A program made the position numbers and the translations under genes. DNA of 64,000 nucleotides, from the NCBI GenBank assembly GCA_021735655.1, contig JAIPGM010000002.1, positions 256,001 through 320,000 on the forward strand, in the 5' to 3' direction. The notes beneath the pieces are model-generated. The model saw nothing but the letters and a program-made list of their open reading frames with translations, had not been told where the DNA came from and searched no databases. Numbering within the stretch: the first letter of the stretch is position 1; each line of letters starts with the position of its first letter. Below, one piece after another: positions 37,534 through 47,102 of this stretch. Source of the stretch: Candidatus Omnitrophota bacterium (lineage in GTDB: Bacteria > Omnitrophota > Gorgyraeia > Duberdicusellales > 4484-171).

Positions 37534-39192
37534 TTACTTTAAAAGTATATAAAAAAGTATCCCCATACCTAAAAGACACCAGGACAAATAAGTAGATAAA
37601 ATGCCATTATGCAAATAACGCAAAATACTGTTAAAGCCAAAAGTAATTTTACTACCGACTTCATAAATATCGAATAATTTCTTATTAGCTAAACTATAGA
37701 TAACCTTTAACAGGCCCAACTCTTTGATTGTGTTATAAAAATCAGTTCCTGAAACTCTCATCTCGGGATATTTTTCAGTGCTTTCTCCGCCCATAAAAAT
37801 ATTAACCTGGCGACTCTTTGAAACTGTGCCCAAAAGATAAACTATTAGACCAATGACCATGCCAGCAAGAATCAAAGCCGTAGCTAAACTTGCATTCCAG
37901 ACTCCGGAAAACTCTACTGGCTGCCAAATAACCGGAAAGATAAAAAACTTAAGCGGAAGCCGGTAAGCAAATACACCAAAAACTACACATAGTAAGGCTA
38001 AAATTGCTCCCGGTATCCACATCGCTAGCCCAACCTCTTTTTTCTGATCTTTACTGAGTGCTTTTACGGTTGTGCTTTCTTGACCCAAAAATACAGCATG
38101 AACAAGTTTCATGAAACTTGCCAAAGTTAAGGCACTTCCAAACATGGCTGAAACTAACCAAACGACCCATAACCCACCACTGTTTTTAGCCGTCTCAATG
38201 ATACCCTGGTAGATCATCCATTTAGAAACAAAACCATTAAATGGCGGAACCCCAGAGATAGCAAATGAAGCAATCAAAAAAGTAATAAAAGTAATCGGCA
38301 TATATTTAGCAAGACCGCCAAGTTTATCTAAATTAGTAGTTTTGGTCCTTTTTTCTACAGAGCCACTGGTTAAAAATAAACAAGACTTATAAATCGCATT
38401 ATTCAGCATATGAAATAGTCCACCGGCAATACCGATAATTGTACCCGTACCAATACCTAAAATCATATAACCAACTTGACTTACCGCATGATAACCAAGG
38501 AGTCTCTTTAAGTCATGTTGGACTAAAGCCATCATAACCGCAGCTATAATAGTAAAGCTACCGATAAACATCAAAAATGTATTCATGCTTAAACCTAAAC
38601 GAAACATTTCCAAGGAAATTCTAATTAAAAGATATATTCCCAAAAGTTTGTCCAAAGAAGCAGGCAAATAAGCCGCAACCGGAGTTGGTGAGTCTTCAGC
38701 TGCGTCAGGAACCCAGGTATGAAAAGGCATAGCCCCGGCTTTAGCAAAAGCTCCGACCGCCAAACAAAGATAGGCAAAAGTAGCCACCTTAGAAGTCAAT
38801 GGTATTGATATTAAATCCATCTCGAATAAACCGGTAAGTTTCCAAATTAAGGCAACTCCCAAAAGCATTAAAGCATCGGTTCCACCAATTATAATAAATG
38901 CTTTCTTTGCCGTAGCTGAGCTATTATCCTTTTTACCAAAGCCAATTAAAAGATAAAGAAGCAACCCCAAGAATCCCCAGAAAACCATGAACAGAATTAA
39001 ATTATTGGCAAAAACCACACCCAAAGAAGCAATCAAAGTAAAAAAGATATAAAGGTAGTAACGTGAAATTCCACGTTGGGCACGCATGTACCCCATCGAA
39101 TATACAGTTACCAAAATAGAAAAAAACCAAATAAATATTCCGACAAATATCGACAAAGCATCAAATCTAAAATAATTCGCTAAAAAATTCAT
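37534..39192 (-). CDS. Mrp subunit D / NuoL-like antiporter membrane subunit (MbhH-like)
   Basis: A 552-aa ORF with the NuoL/M/N family core. Confidence 0.8.
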   Translation of the reverse strand: MNFLANYFRFDALSIFVGIFIWFFSILVTVYSMGYMRAQRGISRYYLYIFFTLIASLGVVFANNLILFMVFWGFLGLLLYLLIGFGKKDNSSATAKKAFIIIGGTDALMLLGVALIWKLTGLFEMDLISIPLTSKVATFAYLCLAVGAFAKAGAMPFHTWVPDAAEDSPTPVAAYLPASLDKLLGIYLLIRISLEMFRLGLSMNTFLMFIGSFTIIAAVMMALVQHDLKRLLGYHAVSQVGYMILGIGTGTIIGIAGGLFHMLNNAIYKSCLFLTSGSVEKRTKTTNLDKLGGLAKYMPITFITFLIASFAISGVPPFNGFVSKWMIYQGIIETAKNSGGLWVVWLVSAMFGSALTLASFMKLVHAVFLGQESTTVKALSKDQKKEVGLAMWIPGAILALLCVVFGVFAYRLPLKFFIFPVIWQPVEFSGVWNASLATALILAGMVIGLIVYLLGTVSKSRQVNIFMGGESTEKYPEMRVSGTDFYNTIKELGLLKVIYSLANKKLFDIYEVGSKITFGFNSILRYLHNGILSTYLSWCLLGMGILFYILLK

Positions 39193-40376
39193 TTTATGCC
39201 TAGTTTACTTTTTATCTTTTCGGTTTTACTTTGTGAAAGGCGAACTAAATCCTCACCGTTATATATTTTTTTACCCTTAGTGTTACGTACCGCCACTCTC
39301 TCAGTACAACAATAACAAGGATCAATGGACGCTAAAATTATCGTTGCATCAGAAATCGTCTCGCCAACCACAGTTGCCTTATAGGTCGGTAAATTCATAA
39401 AAGTAGGTGCTCTTACTTTGTGACGAGCCGGTCGATTGGTCCCATCGCTTTTCACATAATGAAAACATTCACCCCGCGGCGCCTCAATATGACCGATACC
39501 TTCACCTGAAGGAATACTTTTAATCTTAGCATCAATTTCTGTATCCGGAAGGTTTAAAAGGCAATACTTAACCATATCTATCGATTCAAAAGTCTCTAAA
39601 ATTCTTACTACCGCTTTATCGAAAACATCGCCATTTTTAGTCACAATCATATTCCAGTTAAACTGATCATATGCCCCATAAGGAGAATTTTTACGTAGAT
39701 CTCTGGCCACCCCCGAAGCCCGAGATACCGGACCGAGAGCACAAAAGTTAATTGCCTCATCCTTAGTGAGGATACCTATTCCTTTAGTCCTAGCATGTAA
39801 CACCGGGTCATCGATTACTGCCTTTTTAAGCATTTCAAGAGTCGGGATAATCGAATCTATCTTTTTTATCGCAAAAGGTATATCTTCTTTTTTTATGTCT
39901 CGCCGAACCCCTCCCGGCTTAAACATAGCATAGTTGTTGCGATTTCCCGAAAGTGCCTCCATAACATCAAGGATTTCCTCACGCAACTTCCAAGCCCACA
40001 TATAAACAGTATTGTAACCTAAAAAATGTCCGGCAAGACCCAACCATAAAAGATGTGAATGAATACGTTCTCCCTCAGCGATAATTGTTCGGATATATTT
40101 AGCCCTCATTGGCACTTCTAGAGGGATAACATCCTCAACTGCCCGAGTATAAGCATAAGGATGACTGGTTGAACAAATACCACAGATTCTCTCAATTACA
40201 AAAGTAGATTGGTCGAAGGTTTTTCGCTCAGAAAGCTTTTCAATGCCGCGATGGTTATAACCAATCTGAACATCGATATCAACAACTGTCTCCCCATCTA
40301 CAGTTAAGCTGAAAAACTCAGGCTCTTCCTGTAAAGGGTGATATGGTCCGATTGGAACTATAGTTCGTTTTCCCAT
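39189..40376 (-). CDS. [NiFe] hydrogenase large (catalytic) subunit, group 4 (NuoD/EchE/MbhL-like)
   Basis: The L1 motif RICGICSTSH (RxCGxCxxxH) is near the N-terminus. The L2 motif DPCYCCTER (DPCxxCxxR, the Arg form typical of group 4) is near the C-terminus. A ~30-aa tail follows, as expected for a HycI-processed precursor. Confidence 0.9.
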   Translation of the reverse strand: MGKRTIVPIGPYHPLQEEPEFFSLTVDGETVVDIDVQIGYNHRGIEKLSERKTFDQSTFVIERICGICSTSHPYAYTRAVEDVIPLEVPMRAKYIRTIIAEGERIHSHLLWLGLAGHFLGYNTVYMWAWKLREEILDVMEALSGNRNNYAMFKPGGVRRDIKKEDIPFAIKKIDSIIPTLEMLKKAVIDDPVLHARTKGIGILTKDEAINFCALGPVSRASGVARDLRKNSPYGAYDQFNWNMIVTKNGDVFDKAVVRILETFESIDMVKYCLLNLPDTEIDAKIKSIPSGEGIGHIEAPRGECFHYVKSDGTNRPARHKVRAPTFMNLPTYKATVVGETISDATIILASIDPCYCCTERVAVRNTKGKKIYNGEDLVRLSQSKTEKIKSKLGIK

Positions 40377-40849
40377 TATAATCCTCGATCTCTAATTGAT
40401 GAGTCGTCCCACTCTTGATAATCGCGTCTCAAAGGATATACACCTTGTGGCCACTCATCGGGCAAAAGCAACCGCTTCAACTCTGGATGACCGCGAAAAT
40501 TGACTCCTAACATTTCAGCTATCTCACGTTCAATCCAATTAGCACCTTCAAATATTGGGGCTAATGAATCTATTTCTAATTTGCTCTTATCCAACTTAAC
40601 CCGGAAAGAAACTACTAAATTTATATCTTCAAAGGTAAAATGATAAAGAATTTCTATATGTTTAAATGTATCTACTCCCGAAGCAATATTGAATCTGGCC
40701 CCCAAATTTTTAAAAACATAGGTCGCAACCTTAACAATCGCCTGAGGTTTAATCTCAATATAGACCCGAGTTAAGGTCTTATCGAAAATATCTAAAATAT
40801 CTTCGTCGAATCTTTTCTTTAAATCTTTAATAACTTCGCTTCTGGTCAT
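40376..40849 (-). CDS. NuoC-like (30-kDa) hydrogenase subunit
   Basis: A 157-aa ORF with a NuoC/HycE-N domain pattern. Confidence 0.75.
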   Translation of the reverse strand: MTRSEVIKDLKKRFDEDILDIFDKTLTRVYIEIKPQAIVKVATYVFKNLGARFNIASGVDTFKHIEILYHFTFEDINLVVSFRVKLDKSKLEIDSLAPIFEGANWIEREIAEMLGVNFRGHPELKRLLLPDEWPQGVYPLRRDYQEWDDSSIRDRGL

Positions 40850-41286
40850 TTTGCTTGAGGGTTTCCAGCCCCACTTAATTTATCGATTAACTTAACAACC
40901 CCGGCAATAATCGCCTCTGGTTTCGGCGGGCACCCAGGTATATATACGTCTACCGGAATAATTTTATCAACTGGCAAAGGACAGTTATAGCTATGAATAA
41001 ACATACCTCGCGACAAAGAGCACTCACCAACAGCCACTACTACACAAGGCTTCGGCATCTGCTCATATACTTCTTTAATCCGAGGAATGCACTTTCGATT
41101 AGCAGAACCAGTTACTAAAAGCACGTCAGCATGTTTTATGCTTCCGGCTAAAAGCATGCCAAACCTTTCGATATCAAAGCGTGGGGTTAAACAATCCAAT
41201 ATTTCAATATCGCAATTATTGCAACTACCAGTTGAAAGATGAAAAACCCATGGTGACTTGAGTAATGCTTTAAGTTTTATGCTCAT
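40846..41286 (-). CDS. NuoB-like [NiFe] hydrogenase small subunit (proximal 4Fe-4S)
   Basis: GSCNNCDIE ... VGECS ... PGCPPKPEA. The start is trimmed to the Met of MSIKLKALL to avoid overlap with the upstream gene. Confidence 0.85.
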   Translation of the reverse strand: MSIKLKALLKSPWVFHLSTGSCNNCDIEILDCLTPRFDIERFGMLLAGSIKHADVLLVTGSANRKCIPRIKEVYEQMPKPCVVVAVGECSLSRGMFIHSYNCPLPVDKIIPVDVYIPGCPPKPEAIIAGVVKLIDKLSGAGNPQAK

Positions 41287-42206
41287 AAACCCTTTAAGGC
41301 TAAAATAACTGCGATTATAGCAATAATCAACATTGGCCCCCAAAAAAATCTTATTGCCTGATCAATTCTAACTCTAGGATTAGTATTACGAATAACGGTG
41401 ATCAAGGCAACCAAACCAACATACCTCAACACCCCGTATATAAGATTTAAGCCGTTTAGTCTTAACCCACCAATAAAAGTAATCATTATAAAGAAAGGCA
41501 AGACAAAGAACAACATATTTTTCATAAGTTTGTATACCGCAAGCGGGGCTCCCGAATACTCAACTAACGGTCCACCAATAATTTCGGTCTCAGCTTCAGG
41601 AATATCAAAAGGCACTAAGGCTAGTTTTGCCTGTACACACATAATAATTACAATAAAAGCCAAAAACCCCGACCAGCTTCCTAAGATTACGCCATTTTGA
41701 GCCTGATAAGTGATAATTTCACCTAAACGCAAGCTAAACCCGCTTTGAATAACCGGAACTAAAACCGCTAGAATAAATGGCAATTCATAACTTAAAACTA
41801 ATTTCATTTCTCGTGATGCACCAATACTAGCTAAAGGATTGCCTGAAGCAAAGCCTCCGATAATTATGCTTATTGAAGGAATAGCCAATAAATAAACTAC
41901 AACAACAATATCACCAACAAAGGTCCTCAGCGGATTAAAATTATTAAACCAAAGCACCGTAGACACAACAATAACACTCCCTAAACCAATAATCGGAGCG
42001 CTCAAAAAACTAAACTGAGAAGCGCCTTTAGGAACCAAAGTCTCTTTTCCAAGAAGCTTCACCAAATCAATAAGCGGCTGTAGGATTGGCGGCCCAACGC
42101 GATACTGAACTCGAGCGGTAACTTTACGGTCAACCCAGCTAGTTAACAAACCAATAATGGCGGTTAACAAGAATCCGAAAATAAAAAGATAAACTAAATA
42201 AATCAT
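41283..42206 (-). CDS. NuoH/HycD/EchB-like integral membrane hydrogenase subunit
   Basis: DRKVTARVQYRVGPP is the NuoH motif. The ORF has 8 TM helices. Confidence 0.85.
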   Translation of the reverse strand: MIYLVYLFIFGFLLTAIIGLLTSWVDRKVTARVQYRVGPPILQPLIDLVKLLGKETLVPKGASQFSFLSAPIIGLGSVIVVSTVLWFNNFNPLRTFVGDIVVVVYLLAIPSISIIIGGFASGNPLASIGASREMKLVLSYELPFILAVLVPVIQSGFSLRLGEIITYQAQNGVILGSWSGFLAFIVIIMCVQAKLALVPFDIPEAETEIIGGPLVEYSGAPLAVYKLMKNMLFFVLPFFIMITFIGGLRLNGLNLIYGVLRYVGLVALITVIRNTNPRVRIDQAIRFFWGPMLIIAIIAVILALKGL

Positions 42207-42769
42207 ACTTTTTCTCTATCCCAATGAGTAGAATGTACTATTAAATTGTCACCAACTAAAAATGAATCTTTGGTTAATAAATCATCCGAATTTACTAATT
42301 TTAATGCTCCGTATGGGCATGATTTTATGCAAAGCGGTTCATTTTTTTTATCTCTTCGATCAAAACAAAAATCACAATTATGAATTAAATAAGGCACATG
42401 CTCAGGATAAATGGTTCCGTAAGGGCAAGCATGAGAACAAGTTTTGCAACTTACGCAACGCATATTATGCCTAATCAAAAGGTTGTCTTTTTCGGTTTGT
42501 TGTTCCAAAGCCTCAAATGGGCAAGCATTAACACAGTGAGGTTCTTGGCATCTACGACAAACCAAAGCATAAGTTGCCAATTCAGCTACTGAAACTATTC
42601 CATTATTTATCGGATCTTGAGTGTGGTAAAAATAGCTGCACTCTAACTTACATTTTTTGCATTCTCCGGCCGCACAAATATCAAGATCAACAAAAAGCCG
42701 TTGACCACTATCAGATTTAGCTTCGGTATTTAATTTTCCTTGATGTAGTTGTTCGGCACTTGTATCCAT
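42203..42769 (-). CDS. Poly-[4Fe-4S] ferredoxin-like electron-transfer subunit (HycB-like)
   Basis: Four Cys clusters (C..C..C...C patterns). The protein is 188 aa. Confidence 0.7.
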   Translation of the reverse strand: MDTSAEQLHQGKLNTEAKSDSGQRLFVDLDICAAGECKKCKLECSYFYHTQDPINNGIVSVAELATYALVCRRCQEPHCVNACPFEALEQQTEKDNLLIRHNMRCVSCKTCSHACPYGTIYPEHVPYLIHNCDFCFDRRDKKNEPLCIKSCPYGALKLVNSDDLLTKDSFLVGDNLIVHSTHWDREKV

Positions 42770-42776
42770 AATAGCT

Positions 42777-43601
42777 CTAATCCCAAATATTAGGAAAATT
42801 CTTTATTTTGTCGTAAGTAAACACTGGTCCATCTTTGCAGGCATAATAAGTCCCTAGCCGACAATGACCGCATTTACCAATTCCACAAGACATATTTTTT
42901 TCCATTGAAAGATAGATATTCTTCTCCTTAAAACCCAACTCAAGCAATTTTTTAGTAGAAAACTTCATGGCGATTGGCGGCCCGCAAACAATAGCTATTG
43001 CCTCAGGGCAATTCATATCTAAATCATCCAAAATTGTAGTAACAACACCTACGTTACCTTTCCAATCAGGGCTAGCTTTATCAACAGTAAGTCTTAAATT
43101 TAAATCATCTCGCTTTGCCCAGCCGGCTATCTCAGTTTTATAGAGTAGCTCCTGTGAGGTTTTACAGCCACCCCGAAAAGACAGCTTCTTAAACTCCCCG
43201 CTTCGGGCAAAAAACTCATACATCAAACTACGCAAAGGAGCAAATCCACATCCACCACCGACGACAACGATTTCCTTACCTTTAAATTCATCAATCGGGT
43301 AACCAGTCCCAAAAGGGCCTCTCACTCCAATCAAATCGCCTTTTTTAAGCTGATGAACTTTATCGGTAACCTTGCCAACTTTCATTACCGTGACTTCCAT
43401 TACATCTCTCACTGATGGCCTCGATGAAGGTGTAAATGGCGCCTCACCCACGCCGGGAACAGTTAATTCGATAAATTGACCGGTCTCAAAACCCAAAGGC
43501 TCTTTAGGACGAAAACGTATGGTTTTAATCGTTGGCGTTTCGGTTATTACATCAAGAACTTCGGCCTCAATCGATCTGTAAGGATTCTCGATTTTATGCA
43601 T
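42777..43601 (-). CDS. FAD/NAD(P)-binding oxidoreductase with a C-terminal [2Fe-2S] (sulfhydrogenase gamma / PyrK / AsrB-like)
   Basis: A ferredoxin-NADP reductase-like fold (RFRPK, GQFIEL, VVVGGGCGFAPL) and a C-terminal CGIGKCGHCRLG...C. Confidence 0.75.
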   Translation of the reverse strand: MHKIENPYRSIEAEVLDVITETPTIKTIRFRPKEPLGFETGQFIELTVPGVGEAPFTPSSRPSVRDVMEVTVMKVGKVTDKVHQLKKGDLIGVRGPFGTGYPIDEFKGKEIVVVGGGCGFAPLRSLMYEFFARSGEFKKLSFRGGCKTSQELLYKTEIAGWAKRDDLNLRLTVDKASPDWKGNVGVVTTILDDLDMNCPEAIAIVCGPPIAMKFSTKKLLELGFKEKNIYLSMEKNMSCGIGKCGHCRLGTYYACKDGPVFTYDKIKNFPNIWD

Positions 43602-44619
43602 TATCCACCAACTTCTTTAAGACTTTTCGAATATCAATTTTAGCCGGGCAAGCTGTTATACAACGGCCACAGCCGGTACAAGCATACTCAGCGGCCACCT
43701 TGGGAAAAAAATCAAATTTTTTCTCAAACCTATTACGCAATCTCATCCAAAGCCTCTCTCGAGGATTGGCTCCGCCAGCAACCCGAGCAAAATCTTTTAT
43801 CATACAAGAATCCCAAATGCGTAAACGCTCCATCTTGTCTTTATCTTTTTGATCATACAAAAGAAAACAATGGCAGGTTGGGCAAATTGCATTACAGGCT
43901 CCACATTCAACGCAAGTTTTTGCTTCGTCTTCCCAAATTTTAGACTCATAGTTTTTCTGAACCACATCTTTGAAGCTGCTTTGGTCAGGAACGGTATTTT
44001 TACTTAGGTTAGCGTTAGCTTCTCCAGTTATTTTTTCACGCTTCTTATCTCTGGTAACAACTAGATCTTCTCGAGTTTGACGAAAAAGAAGAGTATATTG
44101 CTTCAGAATACTCTCACCTTTATCGGATCCGCTTTCAACAACAAAGCCATCATCAACCACAGAAAGATTTAGATCAAAATTATCTTTAGGATACGGTTTT
44201 AGACCTAAAGCCGCACAAAAGCAAGTATCAATTACGCAAGTGCAATCAGCTGAAATAATAAGGCTATCCTGACGTAACTTTAAATAAAAAGGATCCTGAT
44301 AATCGGGATTATCAAAAACATAGTCTTGAATTTTAAAACCTTTCAGATCACAAGCCTTGACTCCGACAATAGCAAAAGGCTTACTCGGAGACTGCGGAAG
44401 ATCCGGACTAAAACCAGAAGCTACCTTCTGACGAGCCTTCAAAAAAAATGATTTTACCGGCTCAAAAGCCCTTACCTCGCCAACAACGAATTCACTAGTC
44501 GAGCTATCGAACTTATCGTAAAACCGCTGCTGACCTTTTTTGACCGGAACAAATACCTGATAATCTTTATTTAGGTTTTCAAGAAATTTAGAAAAATTAT
44601 CGGAAGAGATATAATACAT
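43594..44619 (-). CDS. [4Fe-4S]-binding sulfhydrogenase beta / AsrA-like subunit
   Basis: CVECGACNAICPTCHC and CTGCGRCITACP. The ~340-aa length is typical of HydB/AsrA. Confidence 0.7.
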   Translation of the reverse strand: MYYISSDNFSKFLENLNKDYQVFVPVKKGQQRFYDKFDSSTSEFVVGEVRAFEPVKSFFLKARQKVASGFSPDLPQSPSKPFAIVGVKACDLKGFKIQDYVFDNPDYQDPFYLKLRQDSLIISADCTCVIDTCFCAALGLKPYPKDNFDLNLSVVDDGFVVESGSDKGESILKQYTLLFRQTREDLVVTRDKKREKITGEANANLSKNTVPDQSSFKDVVQKNYESKIWEDEAKTCVECGACNAICPTCHCFLLYDQKDKDKMERLRIWDSCMIKDFARVAGGANPRERLWMRLRNRFEKKFDFFPKVAAEYACTGCGRCITACPAKIDIRKVLKKLVDNA

Positions 44620-44663
44620 CAGAAGTCCTTGTTCTGTTTATGATTGATACTTAAATTAACCAT

Positions 44664-44688
44664 ACTTTGTGATTTTATTCACAAAGTA
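44664..44688. promoter_or_regulatory. Rex operator (TTGTGAtTTTATTCACAA) upstream of the hydrogenase operon
   Basis: A perfect palindrome ACTTTGTGA-TTTTAT-TCACAAAGT. The 18-bp core TTGTGATTTTATTCACAA matches the Rex consensus TTGTGAAnnnnTTCACAA at 17 of 18 positions. It lies 45-65 bp upstream of the first hydrogenase-operon gene, and rex is encoded in the same operon. Confidence 0.6.
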
Positions 44689-44748
44689 TTAAAGGCTAAA
44701 TTAACATAAATGCTATAATCTGTCAAATATTTTTTATCTAATCGTTGA

Positions 44749-45042
44749 TTAGGTAGGTTTTTTAATATCTACATAATTCGTTAGGGTCGGGTTAAACTTA
44801 GCCAGAAAAAGCATTATCCCCCAAATTATAATCGTAGCTAAAGCAATAACTACCCCCAACAGCAAATCTCTGCCTATATTTTCAGTAACCAGAAATAGTT
44901 CACGATTCCAAAGGTGATCGATAAAACCAAATAAGGCACCACCGTAAAACAATAGGGTTAACCACCAAATTTTTACATTTTTACTTTTATACCAAGCTAA
45001 CGATGTTGCGGCAGCGCCCAGTAAAGATACAGCATAACACAT
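44749..45042 (-). CDS. Small hypothetical membrane protein
   Basis: A 97-aa ORF with 3 predicted TM helices and a GGAGGTG SD. Confidence 0.4.
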   Translation of the reverse strand: MCYAVSLLGAAATSLAWYKSKNVKIWWLTLLFYGGALFGFIDHLWNRELFLVTENIGRDLLLGVVIALATIIIWGIMLFLAKFNPTLTNYVDIKKPT

Positions 45043-45137
45043 TTAAACACCTCCGTAGTAAAATTAACCTTTTTATAATTAAACTAACGAAACTTTACCA
45101 GATTCGAGTCTCATCAAAAATAGTCACTTATCATACC

Positions 45138-46169
45138 CTAAGTTTTATTTAAAATCAAGAGCGATTTTTCAACTACTTCTTGAGGGGTAATTTTTCCAAG
45201 GCAAATAAAATCTTCTTTACAATTATGAGCAAAACAAACCGAACAACCAGAATCCTTATGAAGGTAAGTTGAATTTTCTCCTAAAGGTTTCCAGCGTTTT
45301 GGAGAAAGACCAGAATCCTTTCGACCAAAGATAGAAATTACTGGTGTATTAACGCTAGCGGCAATGTGTACTGGTCCAGAATCATTAGAAATAAAAAGAC
45401 TTGCCCGTTGCAGAATGGCCCCAATTTCAGAAATATTAAGTCTTCCACGAAAATCAATAACCTTATTTTGCTTAGTAATCTTTTGCGCAAAGCTGGCTTC
45501 TTTTTTCGAAGTTATAACTACCACCTTAATCTTTAGTTTATCCTGTAGAATTTTGATAACTTCTGAAAAATAATCTTGCGGCCAACGCTTAGAAGGACAC
45601 GACGCTGAAGGATGAATTACAATAAACTCATCCTCTACTCCCAAATCGGCTTCTTTAAGTAATTTATCTACCCTCTTTTTCGCCTCAACAGATACTGGAA
45701 AAAACAACTCCTTATCTTTTACCGGTATCTTTAAATAACGCAAAATATCTAAGGTGTATTCTAACTCATGCTTCTGGCCTTCTTGTTTAGTATGCGGTAA
45801 CCTTTCACTAAGTGACCAATCCATATTTTTGGCCCAACCAATACGTCTAGGAATAGCAGCAAAAAAAGACACCAGATGCATTCGATTCGTCGGATGCAAA
45901 ATTAAAGCTAAATCAAATTTCTTTTTTTTCAGCTCCCAAGCAAATTTTATCGTTCCCCAAATACTTTTATGCTTACCATATTTATCATAAACAATAATTT
46001 CATCCAGATAAGGATTTCCGATCAAAACTTCTTGCGTGTAGGGACGGCAGATAAAAGCAATGTGCGCCTTCGGATAGTAAAGACGTAAGTTTTTAATTAC
46101 TGGAGTCGAAAGAATAACATCACCCAATCGATCGGTTCTTGCGATTAGTATCTTTTTGGGTATACCCAT
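45138..46169 (-). CDS. GT9 glycosyltransferase (ADP-heptose:LPS heptosyltransferase family)
   Basis: An N-terminal ILIARTDRLGDVILSTP and a C-terminal GPVHIAAS-type motif. Confidence 0.8.
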   Translation of the reverse strand: MGIPKKILIARTDRLGDVILSTPVIKNLRLYYPKAHIAFICRPYTQEVLIGNPYLDEIIVYDKYGKHKSIWGTIKFAWELKKKKFDLALILHPTNRMHLVSFFAAIPRRIGWAKNMDWSLSERLPHTKQEGQKHELEYTLDILRYLKIPVKDKELFFPVSVEAKKRVDKLLKEADLGVEDEFIVIHPSASCPSKRWPQDYFSEVIKILQDKLKIKVVVITSKKEASFAQKITKQNKVIDFRGRLNISEIGAILQRASLFISNDSGPVHIAASVNTPVISIFGRKDSGLSPKRWKPLGENSTYLHKDSGCSVCFAHNCKEDFICLGKITPQEVVEKSLLILNKT

Positions 46170-46172
46170 TAG

Positions 46173-47102
46173 CTATTTTCCGATTGTTTTTTCTATTGCC
46201 TTAAGCACCTGCTCGGGCTCTATCTCCATCCGCTTGAGCAAAACTTGATAATTCTGTTTTCTCTGCGCTGACGAAGGCGCCATATATTTATTTTTTTGCA
46301 AAACCGAATATTTAGCAGACCAGGGTCCGTATCGAACTGGATCACTGTGCCCAAAAAGAGCAACTATCGGCAAGTCGAGATAACTAGCCAAATGCATAAT
46401 GCTTGAATCAACACAAAGAAGCAAATCAACATAATTTTTGAGTAAGAAATAAACCTCGTTCATTTCAGTTTTGCCAACAAGATCAATCACCCCCGGAAAA
46501 TATAAAATATCCTTATAAAAATCCCGGTCCTTAGCCACACCAAGAATGGCCACTGAATGCTTAGCAATTAATTCGCTAACTACCACTTTTAAATATTCGT
46601 AAGGATATTGTTTGAGTTTTTCTCTGGAAGAACAAGCAATAAACACGGATTTTTTTAACTTTAAACTCTCTAAATTTTTCTTTTTGGACTCCTCAAGGAT
46701 AAGCTCACTTTTCAATCTCGCTTCTTTAGGGGCAACTTTAGCAATCAGACTTAAAACTTCATCTTTTGCATGCATTCCTTTAGGGAATTTGCGCACGAAT
46801 GATGTGCTTTTTCGAACCCCTAAAGCAACCGGAAGAAAAGTGTTTTTTAAATCAATCATTAAATCATATTTTCCACGAAGATCTAAAACGAACTTCAATT
46901 TTTGACCCCAAGGCCAAAGTTTATTGTAAAGAATAACTTCGTCAATAAAATTATTCTCAAGAAGAAAAGTTTTTGTTTTTAAAGACGCAATTGCGGTTAT
47001 TTTTGAATCAGGGTAATTAGTCTTCAAGCGATCGAGTGCCGGCAAGCTGACAATCGTATCGCCAAGATTACTAAGAAAATTTATCAGTATACTTTTAACC
47101 AC
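46173..47102 (-). CDS. GT9 glycosyltransferase (heptosyltransferase-like, shorter)
   Basis: An N-terminal SNLGDTIVSLP and an overall GT9 fold pattern. Confidence 0.65.
   Translation of the reverse strand: MVKSILINFLSNLGDTIVSLPALDRLKTNYPDSKITAIASLKTKTFLLENNFIDEVILYNKLWPWGQKLKFVLDLRGKYDLMIDLKNTFLPVALGVRKSTSFVRKFPKGMHAKDEVLSLIAKVAPKEARLKSELILEESKKKNLESLKLKKSVFIACSSREKLKQYPYEYLKVVVSELIAKHSVAILGVAKDRDFYKDILYFPGVIDLVGKTEMNEVYFLLKNYVDLLLCVDSSIMHLASYLDLPIVALFGHSDPVRYGPWSAKYSVLQKNKYMAPSSAQRKQNYQVLLKRMEIEPEQVLKAIEKTIGK

Noticed and set aside
39189-40376. Possible selenocysteine ([NiFeSe]) large subunit
   Set aside because: The frame is open with Cys at all four ligand positions (CGIC ... DPCYCC). No in-frame TGA is present.
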